Assembly: GCA_002688105.1 (NCBI GenBank)
Contig: NZBQ01000016.1
Span: 30,851 to 94,850, forward strand
Direction of reading: 5' to 3'
Length of the DNA stretch: 64,000 nt
From: Dehalococcoidales bacterium
GTDB lineage: Bacteria; Chloroflexota; Dehalococcoidia; Dehalococcoidales; GCA-2688105
Shown here: positions 17,611 through 27,264 of the stretch, piece by piece
How positions within the stretch are numbered: the first letter of the stretch is position 1
How the letters are laid out: each line of letters opens with the position of its first letter
Made by a program: the position numbers and the translations under genes
Notes under the pieces: model-generated
What the model was told of the DNA's origin: nothing
Database searches by the model: none
The model's input: only the letters and a program-made list of their open reading frames with translations

Positions 17611-19962
17611 ATGACTGAGTATAAAGTTATTGGCAAGAGTGTACCCAGGATAGATGCCCTAGAGAAGGTCACTGGTAGGGCCAAGTATACCTCAGACATT
17701 AAAGTGCCGGGTATGCTTTACGCAAAGATAAAAGGAAGTCCCTACCCTCACGCTAGGATTATTAATATTGACACTTCTAAAGCTGAGAAATTACGTGGAG
17801 TAAAAGGAGTAGTGACAGGGAAGGATGCACCACAGAAGCTTATTGGTTCACCCCTTGCTGACATGCCATTATTGGCTAATTATGGCATCGTTCGCTATGT
17901 AGGAGAACCTGTATCTGCAGTAGCTGCAGATACTATTGAGATTGCTGAGGAAGCACTTGATCTAATAGAGGTTGATTATGAAGAGTTGCCAGCGGTATTC
18001 GATGTGGAAGAGGCATTTAGGGAAAACGCACCAGTTATAGTACACCCAAAACTAAGTGATTATGAGCGTCTAGACAAAGACTTCCCAGAGATGGCGTGTC
18101 CTATTCAATTCGAGCCCAATAGGCCTAATGTCTTCACTCATTACAAGGTTCGCCAGGGCGAAGATGTGGAGGTGGGATTCCGCGAGGCTGATCTAGTTGT
18201 GGAGAATAGGTTTGTTACAGCTAGAGTACAGCACGTTCCACTTGAGACCCTGCAATGCATTGCACAGTACGACCTTAATGGAAGCATAACGATAATGAGC
18301 ACATTACAAGGCATATACCTGGGTAAAGCAGTATTTACTAATTATTTTGATATCTCTCCCTCTAAGGTAAGGGTGATTTCCCCATATGTAGGAGGAGCTT
18401 TTGGGTGTAGGACAGGTACATCGATGCAGTGTATCGCCATACTACTAGCACGAAAAAGCTTAAGACCGGTTAAATTGGCTTTTACTCGAGACGATGATAT
18501 GACTCTCGGTTTTCATAACCCTAACTTCGTTATTTATATTAAGGATGGGGTAAGTAAAGACGGTTATTTAACAGCTAGGCATATTAAGATATTGTATGAT
18601 GGCGGGGCATATGTTGCTGAACACTCATTATCTTTTGTTGCCCAATGTTCTGAGAAAGCATTGGCAACATACCGGATTCCTGCTTTTAAATTAGACACTT
18701 ACGGAGTGTACACTAATAAGACCCCAACCATTGCTATGAGGTCCGTTGGTGGTGTACAAGTAGCTTGGGCCCTAGAGCGACAAATGGACATAATAGCAGA
18801 AAGGTTAAATATTGACCCTACAAAGCTAAGAAGGAAGAACCTGCTAAAGGAGGGAGCAATAAACCTAATTGGAGAACCTGTTAGTAGTTTTGGCGCTAAA
18901 AAATGTCTGGATCAAGTGGCAAAATGGATGGAGAAAGCTGAGAAGCCTGAGCCTGAGGCAAACAATGTGTGGAAAATAGGGAACGGGATCTCACTTGGAT
19001 CACACTTCAGCATATGTGCCCCTATCTCAACTGCAACTGTGAAGCTTTACAGCGATGGGGTTATTGAAGTGGCCTATGCAGAAGATGAGCTTGGGCAAGG
19101 TTCTATGACTGTGCTGGCTCAGATCGCTGCCGAGGAGTTTGGAGTCTCCCTAGATAAAGTTAAGGTTGTGCGTGGGGATACAGCCAGTGCTCCTGTAGGT
19201 TTGGCTTCTGTCGCCAGTAGAACTACATATTTCGCAGGAAATGCCTTAGTACGAGCATGCCAAGAGGCTAAACGGAAGATATTTGCGCTGGCAGCGCCTA
19301 TGTTAGAGATGACCGCAGAAGAACTGGAAATGAGCGAAGGAAAGGTCTATGTCAAGGGAGTGCCTGATAAGGCAATTCTTATCAGTGACCTTTTTGGTCC
19401 TACTGGGGTAGCGCATGGATTGGAGACAATGGCAGGCAGAGGGGAACACAGAGATCCATTCATTGAAGCAGACCCCGAGACAGGTCAATCAAAGAAACTA
19501 TATACTTGGCATATTTATGGAGCTTATGGTGCACAGGTAGCAGTTAATGTGCAAACAGGCAAGGTTAAGGTCTTGAAGGCGGTTGGCGCTTATGACATGG
19601 GACGGGCGATAAATCCTAAGCTGTGTGAAGGGCAGATGGAAGGTGGTTTAGGTATAGGTCTAGGTATTGCTTTAAATGAGGCACTGGAATTTGATAAAGG
19701 AGCACTACTCAACCCTAATCTTATTGATTATAAGATGGCTACTGCTATGGAATTACCCAGTGTTGAGAACACCAAATCTATAATAGCAGCAGTTCCCTGT
19801 GATAGTGGACCCTATGGAGCCAAGGGGCTTGGTGAAATGACATCTGTAACCCCTGTGGCAGCAATAACAAATGCTGTCTGTAATGCTTTGGGGATAGCGA
19901 TAAACGAGATTCCAATCACGCGGGAGAGAGTGGTAAGGGCTCTTAAAGAGGCAAGAAAATAG
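17611..19962 (+). CDS. Molybdenum hydroxylase large (molybdopterin-binding, CoxL/XdhB-like) subunit
   Basis: 783 aa with the N-terminal a/b-hammerhead pattern (GKSVPRIDALEKVTGRAKYT.D), GGAFGCR, and AKGLGEM carrying the conserved catalytic-Glu context. It lacks the CODH VAYRCSFR-type loop. Confidence 0.85.
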   Translation: MTEYKVIGKSVPRIDALEKVTGRAKYTSDIKVPGMLYAKIKGSPYPHARIINIDTSKAEKLRGVKGVVTGKDAPQKLIGSPLADMPLLANYGIVRYVGEPVSAVAADTIEIAEEALDLIEVDYEELPAVFDVEEAFRENAPVIVHPKLSDYERLDKDFPEMACPIQFEPNRPNVFTHYKVRQGEDVEVGFREADLVVENRFVTARVQHVPLETLQCIAQYDLNGSITIMSTLQGIYLGKAVFTNYFDISPSKVRVISPYVGGAFGCRTGTSMQCIAILLARKSLRPVKLAFTRDDDMTLGFHNPNFVIYIKDGVSKDGYLTARHIKILYDGGAYVAEHSLSFVAQCSEKALATYRIPAFKLDTYGVYTNKTPTIAMRSVGGVQVAWALERQMDIIAERLNIDPTKLRRKNLLKEGAINLIGEPVSSFGAKKCLDQVAKWMEKAEKPEPEANNVWKIGNGISLGSHFSICAPISTATVKLYSDGVIEVAYAEDELGQGSMTVLAQIAAEEFGVSLDKVKVVRGDTASAPVGLASVASRTTYFAGNALVRACQEAKRKIFALAAPMLEMTAEELEMSEGKVYVKGVPDKAILISDLFGPTGVAHGLETMAGRGEHRDPFIEADPETGQSKKLYTWHIYGAYGAQVAVNVQTGKVKVLKAVGAYDMGRAINPKLCEGQMEGGLGIGLGIALNEALEFDKGALLNPNLIDYKMATAMELPSVENTKSIIAAVPCDSGPYGAKGLGEMTSVTPVAAITNAVCNALGIAINEIPITRERVVRALKEARK

Positions 19963-20138
19963 AGTGGGCTCGATTAGGAACTATCTGTGATAGAACGAGA
20001 TGGTAAATAGAAGTCCCATAATTACTAGAGTGCTGTAACGCTTAATCGATGATTTAATTATGAAGGAGGGAGTTGCCTATGAAGGAAGGATAATTCTAGA
20101 TTTATTAGGTACTAATAGAAAATAGGAGGTTACGATAA

Positions 20139-21335
20139 ATGAAAAAAAGAATGTTAATGCTACTGATTGCAGTGGTAGTGGTAACGAGCTTGGTTATTGC
20201 TGGTTGTGCGGCCCCAGCACCAGTGGAGAAATCACCAATAAAGATTGGTTTTGTTACCGACTACACCGGTTTCTTGGCTATTTATGGCCCGAAATGGGTA
20301 GCAGGCTTCGACCTTGCGTTCAAAGAGATCGGATGGGAAATCGCCGGTAGGAAGATAGAGGTAATATATGAAGACGGGGCAACCGACGAGACTATTGGCC
20401 TTGAGAAGGCAAAGAAGCTAGTGGAAGGTGACGAGGTAGACATCCTATATGGACCGGTTCACTCGTCAACGGTTAATGCTATTGCCCCCTATGCTACGAA
20501 CATGAAGATACCCTATGTGTTGTGCTTGGATAATGAGGTCGTACTTGAGAAATATGAGTATGTTTTTAACCCATTAGGGACCCTGCAGCAGCACTCTTCT
20601 CACTCAGGCACATATGCCTATGAACAGGGCTGGAGGACAGCTTCAATAATAACTCTCGATATGTTGGAGGGACATCTTTTCATGGAAGGCTTCAAAACTA
20701 TGTTTGAAGGGGCTGGCGGGACAATAGTTCAGGAGCAATATACAGACATGGCCACTGTAGATTTTGGCCCCTACCTAGCGAATCTAAAGGATGTCGATGT
20801 AGTAGCGGCGTGGTATCCAGGACCAGCAGGGCCGACGTTCGTTAAGCAGTATAACGAATATGGGTTTCTCGGGAGAGTACCGCTGTTAAGTGTAGTTCCC
20901 AGCGGTTGGATTGTGCCGGTAGAATTTCTCGAGGAACTTGGTGACTTAAGTGTAGGCTTACAGAGTGCAATCATCTACAGCAACGAAATTGACACACCCG
21001 CTAACAAGGCATTCATAGAGTCATCTCTTAAGTACTATGATAAGATGCCTTACTGGGAGGAGGCTGTGGCTTACGCAAGTGCTTCAGTAATTATTGAAGC
21101 ACTAAAAGCAACCGGAGGGGATACTGATCCTGAGAAAATACGCGAAGCTATCGAAACGATGGAGATCGAAACTCCCTTTGGCTCCTTACGCTTCGTTGAT
21201 AGGCCAGCGAGGTTCGCGGCTTATCCGGGGTACATCGTAGAAGTGGATAGAGTTAATGGCGAATGGATCCACCGTATAGTCGCTGAATATGATACTCATC
21301 CGCTAGACGGGATTGCTGAATACCCACCGAAATAG
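20139..21335 (+). CDS. ABC transporter substrate-binding lipoprotein (Leu/Ile/Val-binding protein family)
   Basis: Signal peptide plus lipobox LVIAGC, with type-I periplasmic binding fold sequence features. Confidence 0.85.
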   Translation: MKKRMLMLLIAVVVVTSLVIAGCAAPAPVEKSPIKIGFVTDYTGFLAIYGPKWVAGFDLAFKEIGWEIAGRKIEVIYEDGATDETIGLEKAKKLVEGDEVDILYGPVHSSTVNAIAPYATNMKIPYVLCLDNEVVLEKYEYVFNPLGTLQQHSSHSGTYAYEQGWRTASIITLDMLEGHLFMEGFKTMFEGAGGTIVQEQYTDMATVDFGPYLANLKDVDVVAAWYPGPAGPTFVKQYNEYGFLGRVPLLSVVPSGWIVPVEFLEELGDLSVGLQSAIIYSNEIDTPANKAFIESSLKYYDKMPYWEEAVAYASASVIIEALKATGGDTDPEKIREAIETMEIETPFGSLRFVDRPARFAAYPGYIVEVDRVNGEWIHRIVAEYDTHPLDGIAEYPPK

Positions 21336-21373
21336 TGGTTGAAGATGGTCGCCACTATCCAGAGGATATGCTA

Positions 21374-21433
21374 AAGCTAGGCAGATATAAGACACTGAAA
21401 ACACATCTGCCTAGCTTTATATGTGGTTTTTTG
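21374..21433 (+). terminator. Intra-operon hairpin / partial terminator after the binding-protein gene
   Basis: A 13-bp perfect stem, AAGCTAGGCAGAT...ATCTGCCTAGCTT, followed by TATATGTGGTTTTTTG. Confidence 0.5.
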
Positions 21434-21458
21434 ATTGCTCATCTTGGGAGTCAGTGAT

Positions 21459-22316
21459 ATGGAAGTTTTGTTGATAAATATTCTGAACGGACTTTCGTTC
21501 GGATTCATAATCTTCCTTTTGGGCAGTGGTTTATCATTAGTAATGGGCGTGTTAGGAGTTTTAAACCTAGCTCATGGTGCAATGGCTATGGTGGGCGCTT
21601 ATGTGGGAATATGGATAGCCCGGGCAACAGGCAATTTCTTATTAGGTGTTCTAGGAGGGGTGGTTGTTACCGGGCTTTTGAGCTTTGCGATAGAAAGATG
21701 GTTTTTACGCCGCCGTCATGGACTCATCCTTGATCAAGCATTGCTAACTGTGGGATTTCTCTATATTGCACAAGATGTGCTTCGCTGGATATGGGGACCA
21801 CATCCTCACGCGATCGATGCTCCTTGGATTTTTTCCGGCTCTATATTCATCGGGAAGCTGGGGTTCCCTACTTATCGTCTTGCACTTATGCTTATTGGGC
21901 TAATGGTGGCGATAGCTCTATATCTATTTGTGGAGAAGACCCGGACAGGTGCTATAATTCGAGCTGGGATGGATGACAAAGAAATGATAGTAGCATTGGG
22001 TGTAGACTACCAGCGAACTGCAACCTTGGTCTTCGTTCTTGGAGCAGGCTTAGCCGCCTTTGCTGGTTTCATGGGAGCGCCGGTGTTTGGAGCATACTTG
22101 ACTCTTGGGGTTGATGCCTTGCTTTTAGCAATATTTGTGGTCATTGTTGGTGGAATGGGGTCCGTGCAGGGGGCTTTTCTTGGGGCGATGGTAATCGGCC
22201 TCTTTGATGCTTTTAGTAAAGCCTATGTTCCTGATTTTTCCTGGCATATCCTTTATATTCTTCTAATTGTCATTCTGGTCTTAAGACCAGAAGGGCTTTT
22301 AGGAAAGAGGGTTTAG
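21459..22316 (+). CDS. Branched-chain-amino-acid-type ABC permease (LivH-like)
   Basis: The MEVLLINILNGLSFG start follows a GGGAG RBS (ORF track offers TTG 21435). It is a polytopic membrane protein. Confidence 0.85.
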   Translation: MEVLLINILNGLSFGFIIFLLGSGLSLVMGVLGVLNLAHGAMAMVGAYVGIWIARATGNFLLGVLGGVVVTGLLSFAIERWFLRRRHGLILDQALLTVGFLYIAQDVLRWIWGPHPHAIDAPWIFSGSIFIGKLGFPTYRLALMLIGLMVAIALYLFVEKTRTGAIIRAGMDDKEMIVALGVDYQRTATLVFVLGAGLAAFAGFMGAPVFGAYLTLGVDALLLAIFVVIVGGMGSVQGAFLGAMVIGLFDAFSKAYVPDFSWHILYILLIVILVLRPEGLLGKRV

Positions 22317-22317
22317 A

Positions 22318-23292
22318 GTGGCAAGGCTAGTTGTCGTGAGAAAACCTTGGTTTGTGAAGTTAGCGCCTTACATTATCAGTGCTATTGTCCTTGTCATAGT
22401 ACCGGCGTTTCTTCCTACGTATGTTCAAGGTATATTCACTAAGTTCGTAATTTTTGCGATATTTGCTATGAGTTTAGACCTTCTTTTTGGGTATGCCGGA
22501 CTTTACTCTTTAGGGCACGCGGCCTTTTTCGGTGTAGGAAGCTACACGACCGGCATCTTAATACTTCGTTTTGAAATAGACAGCTTCTGGGTCATTATTG
22601 CTATTGTTGTCCTGCTAAATCTTGTTATTGGTGCTGTCTTTGGAGCTATTGCACTTCGAGCATCTGGGGTATATTTCCTTCTTCTTACTGTCGCCTTGGG
22701 ACAGTTAATTTTTGTTACTGTGTGGAAATGGTATTCAATGACGGGAGGCAATAGCGGTTTGCCGGGTATACCTCGTCCAGAACTTGGCTTTCCTTGGGCT
22801 GCTTGGGACCCGGCCGGTTATTACTATTTCGTTTTGGGTTTCTTTGTCATTTGTTTTTTCTTACTACATCGAATCGTAAATTCTAGTTTTGGGCATACTT
22901 TGAAAGGCATTCAGGCAAATGCATTTCGGATGCGACACTTGGGTTATAACGTCTGGGGCTATCAGTATATCTCCTTTATCATTGCGGCAATATTCTCGGG
23001 AATAGCTGGTATGCTATTTGCATATTATATGGGTATTGCTGTTCCATCACATGCCGGTTTGACTAGCTCTATCCTTGTATTCCTCATGGTGGTTATTGGC
23101 GGTGCCGGTACACTTTTTGGCCCCGTTATAGGAGCTGGAGTGATAGTGCTTCTAGAGTTTTTTGTAAGCTTGTTAACCCCAGAGCATTGGCCTTTGGTCC
23201 TGGGGAGCATTTTTATCGCAACCATCATGTATTTTCGTGGGGGTTTAGGTGTCCACTTGCTAAAGTTCTGGCAAAGGATAAGGTATGACTAA
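22318..23292 (+). CDS. Branched-chain-amino-acid-type ABC permease (LivM-like)
   Basis: GTG start 1 nt after the LivH-like stop. GYAGLYSLGHAAFFGVG motif. Confidence 0.85.
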   Translation: MARLVVVRKPWFVKLAPYIISAIVLVIVPAFLPTYVQGIFTKFVIFAIFAMSLDLLFGYAGLYSLGHAAFFGVGSYTTGILILRFEIDSFWVIIAIVVLLNLVIGAVFGAIALRASGVYFLLLTVALGQLIFVTVWKWYSMTGGNSGLPGIPRPELGFPWAAWDPAGYYYFVLGFFVICFFLLHRIVNSSFGHTLKGIQANAFRMRHLGYNVWGYQYISFIIAAIFSGIAGMLFAYYMGIAVPSHAGLTSSILVFLMVVIGGAGTLFGPVIGAGVIVLLEFFVSLLTPEHWPLVLGSIFIATIMYFRGGLGVHLLKFWQRIRYD

Positions 23293-24040
23293 GGAAACGT
23301 TGAAAGTTGAAAACTTGTCAAAATCTTTCGGAGGTGCCCACGTACTGGAGGGCATTTTCTTCAGCGTAAAAGCTGGAGAATGTGTAGCGATAATCGGACC
23401 CAATGGAGCAGGGAAAACCACTTTGCTGAGTTTAGTTAGTGGTGAACTCCGACCCACAAGTGGTACAATATATCTTTTTGGTCAGATGGCTACTAATCAG
23501 AGCGTACAGCGTCGCGTTCGCCTTGGGTTAGGACGCTGTTTCCAAATAAATAGCCTCTTTCATGGCCTTACGGTGCTTGACAATCTTTTGCTAGCTCTCA
23601 AAAGCTCTCAGTCTCACTATTTCCAAGTGTTTCGGCCGATGACCACTTATACCAATTTACTTGTTGAAGCTAAGCAATTACTAAAATTCATTGGCTTACA
23701 GGAGAAAAAAAACGTGCTTATCAGCGACTTGTCTTACGGCGAGCAACGGCGACTAGAAGTTGCGCTCAGTCTAGCCACAAGGCCTAAATTACTATTATTG
23801 GATGAGCCGAGTGCTGGATTATCCAGCAATGAAGAAATTACCAGCCTTATCAACATACTTAGCGGCCTTACGAAAGACATCTCAATAGTTTTCTCTGCTC
23901 ATGATATGGACCTAGTTTTCCGTCTGGCTCATCGGGTCATTGTTCTTTACTATGGACAAATAATAGCCCAAGGAACACCTGAGGAAATTCAAGTCAATCC
24001 AAAAGTTCAAGAGATTTATTTAGGCGTTCAGGAGGAGTAG
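23285..24040 (+). CDS. ABC transporter ATP-binding protein (LivG-like)
   Basis: Walker A GPNGAGKTT, signature LSYGEQRR, Walker B LLLLDEP. It overlaps the preceding gene by 8 nt. Confidence 0.9.
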   Translation: MTKETLKVENLSKSFGGAHVLEGIFFSVKAGECVAIIGPNGAGKTTLLSLVSGELRPTSGTIYLFGQMATNQSVQRRVRLGLGRCFQINSLFHGLTVLDNLLLALKSSQSHYFQVFRPMTTYTNLLVEAKQLLKFIGLQEKKNVLISDLSYGEQRRLEVALSLATRPKLLLLDEPSAGLSSNEEITSLINILSGLTKDISIVFSAHDMDLVFRLAHRVIVLYYGQIIAQGTPEEIQVNPKVQEIYLGVQEE

Positions 24041-24067
24041 TTCAGTTTTTCAATAGGTGACCTTAAC

Positions 24068-24778
24068 ATGAAGATGTTAGAGATTAATGACGTTCATACA
24101 CATTATGGAGATGCTCATGTCCTGCACGGGATTTCGCTAGATGTTGAGGAGGGTTACACCACTACCATCTTGGGCCGCAACGGAATGGGAAAAACAACGA
24201 CCATTCGCTCAATCATTGGACTTACACCCCCACGCCGTGGCTCAGTTCGTTTCAAAGGGAGGGAAATCACCAACCTTCAGCCACATCAGATTGCTCGATT
24301 GGGTATCGGGTTAGTCGCCCAGGGGCGTCACATTTTTCCTTCACTGAGTGTGAAGGAAAACCTGTCTGTAGCAGCGCGAAGTAGAGGCAAAACTGGAGAT
24401 TGGTCTTTGGGAAGGGTTTATTCCCTGTTTCCGATTTTGAAAGAACGCGCCAATCTTAAAGGTAATCTCCTTAGTGGTGGGGAACAACAAATGTTAAACA
24501 TTGGTCGGGCCCTGATGACTAATCCACAGTTGCTTCTAATGGATGAGCCGTCAGAGGGCTTGGCGCCTTTGATCATTAAAGAAATTGAGCATGTTATCAC
24601 CGAGCTTAAAAGAGAAGGCCTCTCCATCTTACTGGCAGAGCAGAATCTGCGCTTGGGTTTAAGTATGGCTGATTATGTCTACATACTAGATAGAGGTAGA
24701 ATTGTATACGAATCTGTACCTGAAGAGCTAGAAAACAACGAGGAAATCAAGGCTAAGTATCTTGGAGTGACAAGTTAG
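24068..24778 (+). CDS. ABC transporter ATP-binding protein (LivF-like)
   Basis: Walker A GRNGMGKTT, signature LSGGEQQM, Walker B LLLMDEP. Confidence 0.9.
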   Translation: MKMLEINDVHTHYGDAHVLHGISLDVEEGYTTTILGRNGMGKTTTIRSIIGLTPPRRGSVRFKGREITNLQPHQIARLGIGLVAQGRHIFPSLSVKENLSVAARSRGKTGDWSLGRVYSLFPILKERANLKGNLLSGGEQQMLNIGRALMTNPQLLLMDEPSEGLAPLIIKEIEHVITELKREGLSILLAEQNLRLGLSMADYVYILDRGRIVYESVPEELENNEEIKAKYLGVTS

Positions 24779-24827
24779 TAGTTTGCAATACTTTTATAAA
24801 TATTGAAGTAGGGAGAGCTAATCAAAA

Positions 24828-25286
24828 ATGCTAATCGAGGGAAAGTTTACTTTAAATGCACCTATTCAAAAAGTATGGGATTTTCTACTTGAGCCGGGGA
24901 CATTGGCTTCCTGTATTCCAGGGGCAGAAGAAGTCAACGCTGTTGATGACAAGACATACGAAAGTATAGTGAAGCAGAAAGTTGGGCCTATTACAGTGAA
25001 GTTTAAATTTACCACGACTTTAACGGAAATGGAACCACCAAGATATTTGAAGGCAGTTGGCAAAGGAGCCGATATCGGTAAAGCCGGGACATTTGCTCAA
25101 GAAACTTTTGTTTACCTGACCGAAATTTCCGAAGAAGAAGTGGAGGTTTCATATAAGTCCAATGTCAGCTTAGTTGGACGATTGGCCGTTTTTGGAGACC
25201 GGGTAATGCGAAGCAAATCAAAGTCGGTGGGAGAGGAGTTTACCAGAAATTTACAGGAGAAACTGAAAAGTGACCTGGCTAAATAA
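24828..25286 (+). CDS. CoxG-like SRPBCC protein (Mo-hydroxylase accessory subunit G family)
   Basis: 152 aa, MLIEGKFTLNAPIQKVWDFLLEPGTLASCIPGAE, the typical CoxG N-terminus. Confidence 0.75.
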   Translation: MLIEGKFTLNAPIQKVWDFLLEPGTLASCIPGAEEVNAVDDKTYESIVKQKVGPITVKFKFTTTLTEMEPPRYLKAVGKGADIGKAGTFAQETFVYLTEISEEEVEVSYKSNVSLVGRLAVFGDRVMRSKSKSVGEEFTRNLQEKLKSDLAK

Positions 25287-25354
25287 CGCAAGATTAATAT
25301 AATTCTGTTACAATGCTAGTAAAACTAGGTTCTGCTCTATTCCAGTATCTGTTT

Positions 25355-25837
25355 TCATAAAGAAGCGATATCCTCTTCGGCAAGGAGTTTCACTCCTTTT
25401 GCATGGAGTACCATACACGCCTTAAGCGGATCATCTACACGGAGGATAATAACTGCAAACCCTTCTTTCTTCTCAACCATAGCGTACATATATTCTACAT
25501 TCAAATGCTCTTGTGCGATTATCTCAAGCACGTCAGCCAGTCCACCCGGCTTATCGGCCACCTCAACAGCTAGGACATCTGTTTCGATAAAGTGATATTG
25601 TGCCTCGTTCAAAGCCTTCCCACATGCATCAGGATCTGCCGCAATAAGTCGTACTGTTTCAAAATCGCGAGTTCCCGCTAGAGACAACGCATGAAGGTTA
25701 ATGTCTCTATTTGCAAGGTGTCTTGCGATTTCAGCGAGACTACCGGGCCTGTTATCTAAAAAAACAGCTACCTGGCGTACCATAAATGATTTCTCGACCA
25801 TCTTTAGTACTACTCCTTCCAGTTCTTGACGGCACAT
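25355..25837 (-). CDS. Tandem ACT-domain protein
   Basis: Two ACT-like repeats (VAVFLDNRPGSLAEI.., LAVEVADKPGGLADV..). The likely start is the internal Met near 25801. Confidence 0.7.
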   Translation of the reverse strand: MCRQELEGVVLKMVEKSFMVRQVAVFLDNRPGSLAEIARHLANRDINLHALSLAGTRDFETVRLIAADPDACGKALNEAQYHFIETDVLAVEVADKPGGLADVLEIIAQEHLNVEYMYAMVEKKEGFAVIILRVDDPLKACMVLHAKGVKLLAEEDIASL

Positions 25838-25881
25838 TGAAAAGTACCATTAGACTATATCTCTTGGCGTGCAATACCCAG

Positions 25882-26829
25882 CTAGTTTCCCTTTTCAATG
25901 CTACACATGACTTTAGCCAAGGCAATCGAGTGTAACTTTTCATCTGCTTTTGCAGTCCGTGAATCAATTAATATTAGGACTTTTGCTCCTACTGCTACAT
26001 GGATCAACATTCGATTCCCATAATACTGGAGACATTTGCAAAATATATTACCAGCTTCAAGGTTTGGCATAATAATAATGTCCGCGCTCCCGGCTACAGG
26101 TGACTCAATCCCCTTAAGCCTTGTAGAGTTCATATCAATGGCGTTATCAAGGGCAAATGGTCCATCAATAACACAGTTTTCTACTGCACCGTCCTGACAC
26201 ATTTTAACTAGGGCAACGGCATCAATAGTAGACTGAAAATCAGGATGGACCTTTTCCGATCCTGAAAGGAGTGCAACCTTTGGCTTCCTTATTCCCAAAC
26301 CGTGTGCAACCGCTACTGCATTTTGGATGATTTCGAGTTTCTGCCTTATCCCCGGTGAAATATTGATACCTCCATCACTTACCAGCACAAGTTGGTGCCC
26401 ATGTCTCTTCTTATCCTCATACACCGCTACATCACTCAGCAAGCCTCTTCTAAGATCACTAGGTGAGCTGAGAACTACCTGGAGGAACTTTGAGGTAACA
26501 ACACCTCCCTTCATCAATATGTCTGCGCGTCCTGACTTCGCAACGTCTGTAGCTGCAGCGACTGCCCTTTGTGGATCCTTTTCGTGAATAATCTCAAAGT
26601 CTTTTGGATTGACCTCGAGTCCGTGAAGCATGGTAGTAATCCAATAACGGTCCCCCGCAAGAATAGGTACTGCGACGCCTAGTTCTTTTGCCTTGACTAC
26701 CGCTTTTAGTGTCTCTTGTTCGTCTGCAACCACAACAGAAACATATTTAAGGTCACCCTTTTGAGCCGTATTCAGCAACTCTTTGAAGTTTTTTATCATT
26801 TCTAGAAGCCTCCCTGGAGATACTAACAC
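25882..26829 (-). CDS. Phosphate acyltransferase (phosphate butyryl/acetyltransferase family)
   Basis: Pta/Ptb-fold pattern (ADEQETLKAV..A.ELG, VSDGGIN, PNLEAGNI). The likely start is MIKNF at 26799. Confidence 0.75.
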   Translation of the reverse strand: MLVSPGRLLEMIKNFKELLNTAQKGDLKYVSVVVADEQETLKAVVKAKELGVAVPILAGDRYWITTMLHGLEVNPKDFEIIHEKDPQRAVAAATDVAKSGRADILMKGGVVTSKFLQVVLSSPSDLRRGLLSDVAVYEDKKRHGHQLVLVSDGGINISPGIRQKLEIIQNAVAVAHGLGIRKPKVALLSGSEKVHPDFQSTIDAVALVKMCQDGAVENCVIDGPFALDNAIDMNSTRLKGIESPVAGSADIIIMPNLEAGNIFCKCLQYYGNRMLIHVAVGAKVLILIDSRTAKADEKLHSIALAKVMCSIEKGN

Positions 26830-27023
26830 ATTCAGTGATCAGCGAATCCTATCCTGCCTGCTCATAAGCCATGGTGACATTCTACCACACTAATAGGCTA
26901 TGACCTGACCCCAGTAATCAGTCCATCTTTAAAGTTAGTCCCATCGACACAATTGCTTATATTGTGACATCAGTAGTGATCAATTGAATTTGTAAGAGTT
27001 TAGCAGGTCTTACGTATAAATTA

Positions 27024-27053
27024 TTGACAACCGGGTCTTAAGTGTGGTAATAT
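27024..27053 (+). promoter_or_regulatory. Strong sigma-70-type promoter inside the relic
   Basis: TTGACA, an 18-nt spacer, then the extended -10 TGgTAATAT. Confidence 0.5.
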
Positions 27054-27202
27054 ACATAAAAGCCCTGAAAAGGGCTTTCGGTGTTTCTAGATAGGTTGTC
27101 AACCTGATTTTTCAAGCAATGTCAACCTGATTGTTTAAAAACTGAATAGATTTTGGGCCGGTCCCAGCTTCAAAAATTGGCCGGAATTTAAAAATGTGAC
27201 AA

Positions 27203-27249
27203 CCTGACTTTTAATCAGGGTGTCACAGGTTCGAGACCTGTACGGCCTA
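27203..27249 (+). other. 3' portion of a tRNA-Lys(UUU) (anticodon arm to discriminator); candidate att-site relic
   Basis: CCTGA-CTTTTAA-TCAGG, GTGTC, ACAGG-TTCGAGA-CCTGT, ACGGCCT-A. It is close to bacterial tRNA-Lys(UUU) from the anticodon stem onward. The upstream sequence has no D arm and only a 5-bp acceptor partner. Confidence 0.6.
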
Positions 27250-27264
27250 CACTCTCAGAAGACC

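Noticed and set aside
27177-27249. A complete tRNA-Lys(UUU) gene
   Set aside because: Only the anticodon arm, variable loop, T arm and 3' acceptor strand are present. The upstream 26 nt cannot form a D arm, and they give only 5 of 7 acceptor pairs with mismatches at both ends. An alternative 5' strand at 27155 would need a 21-nt insertion.
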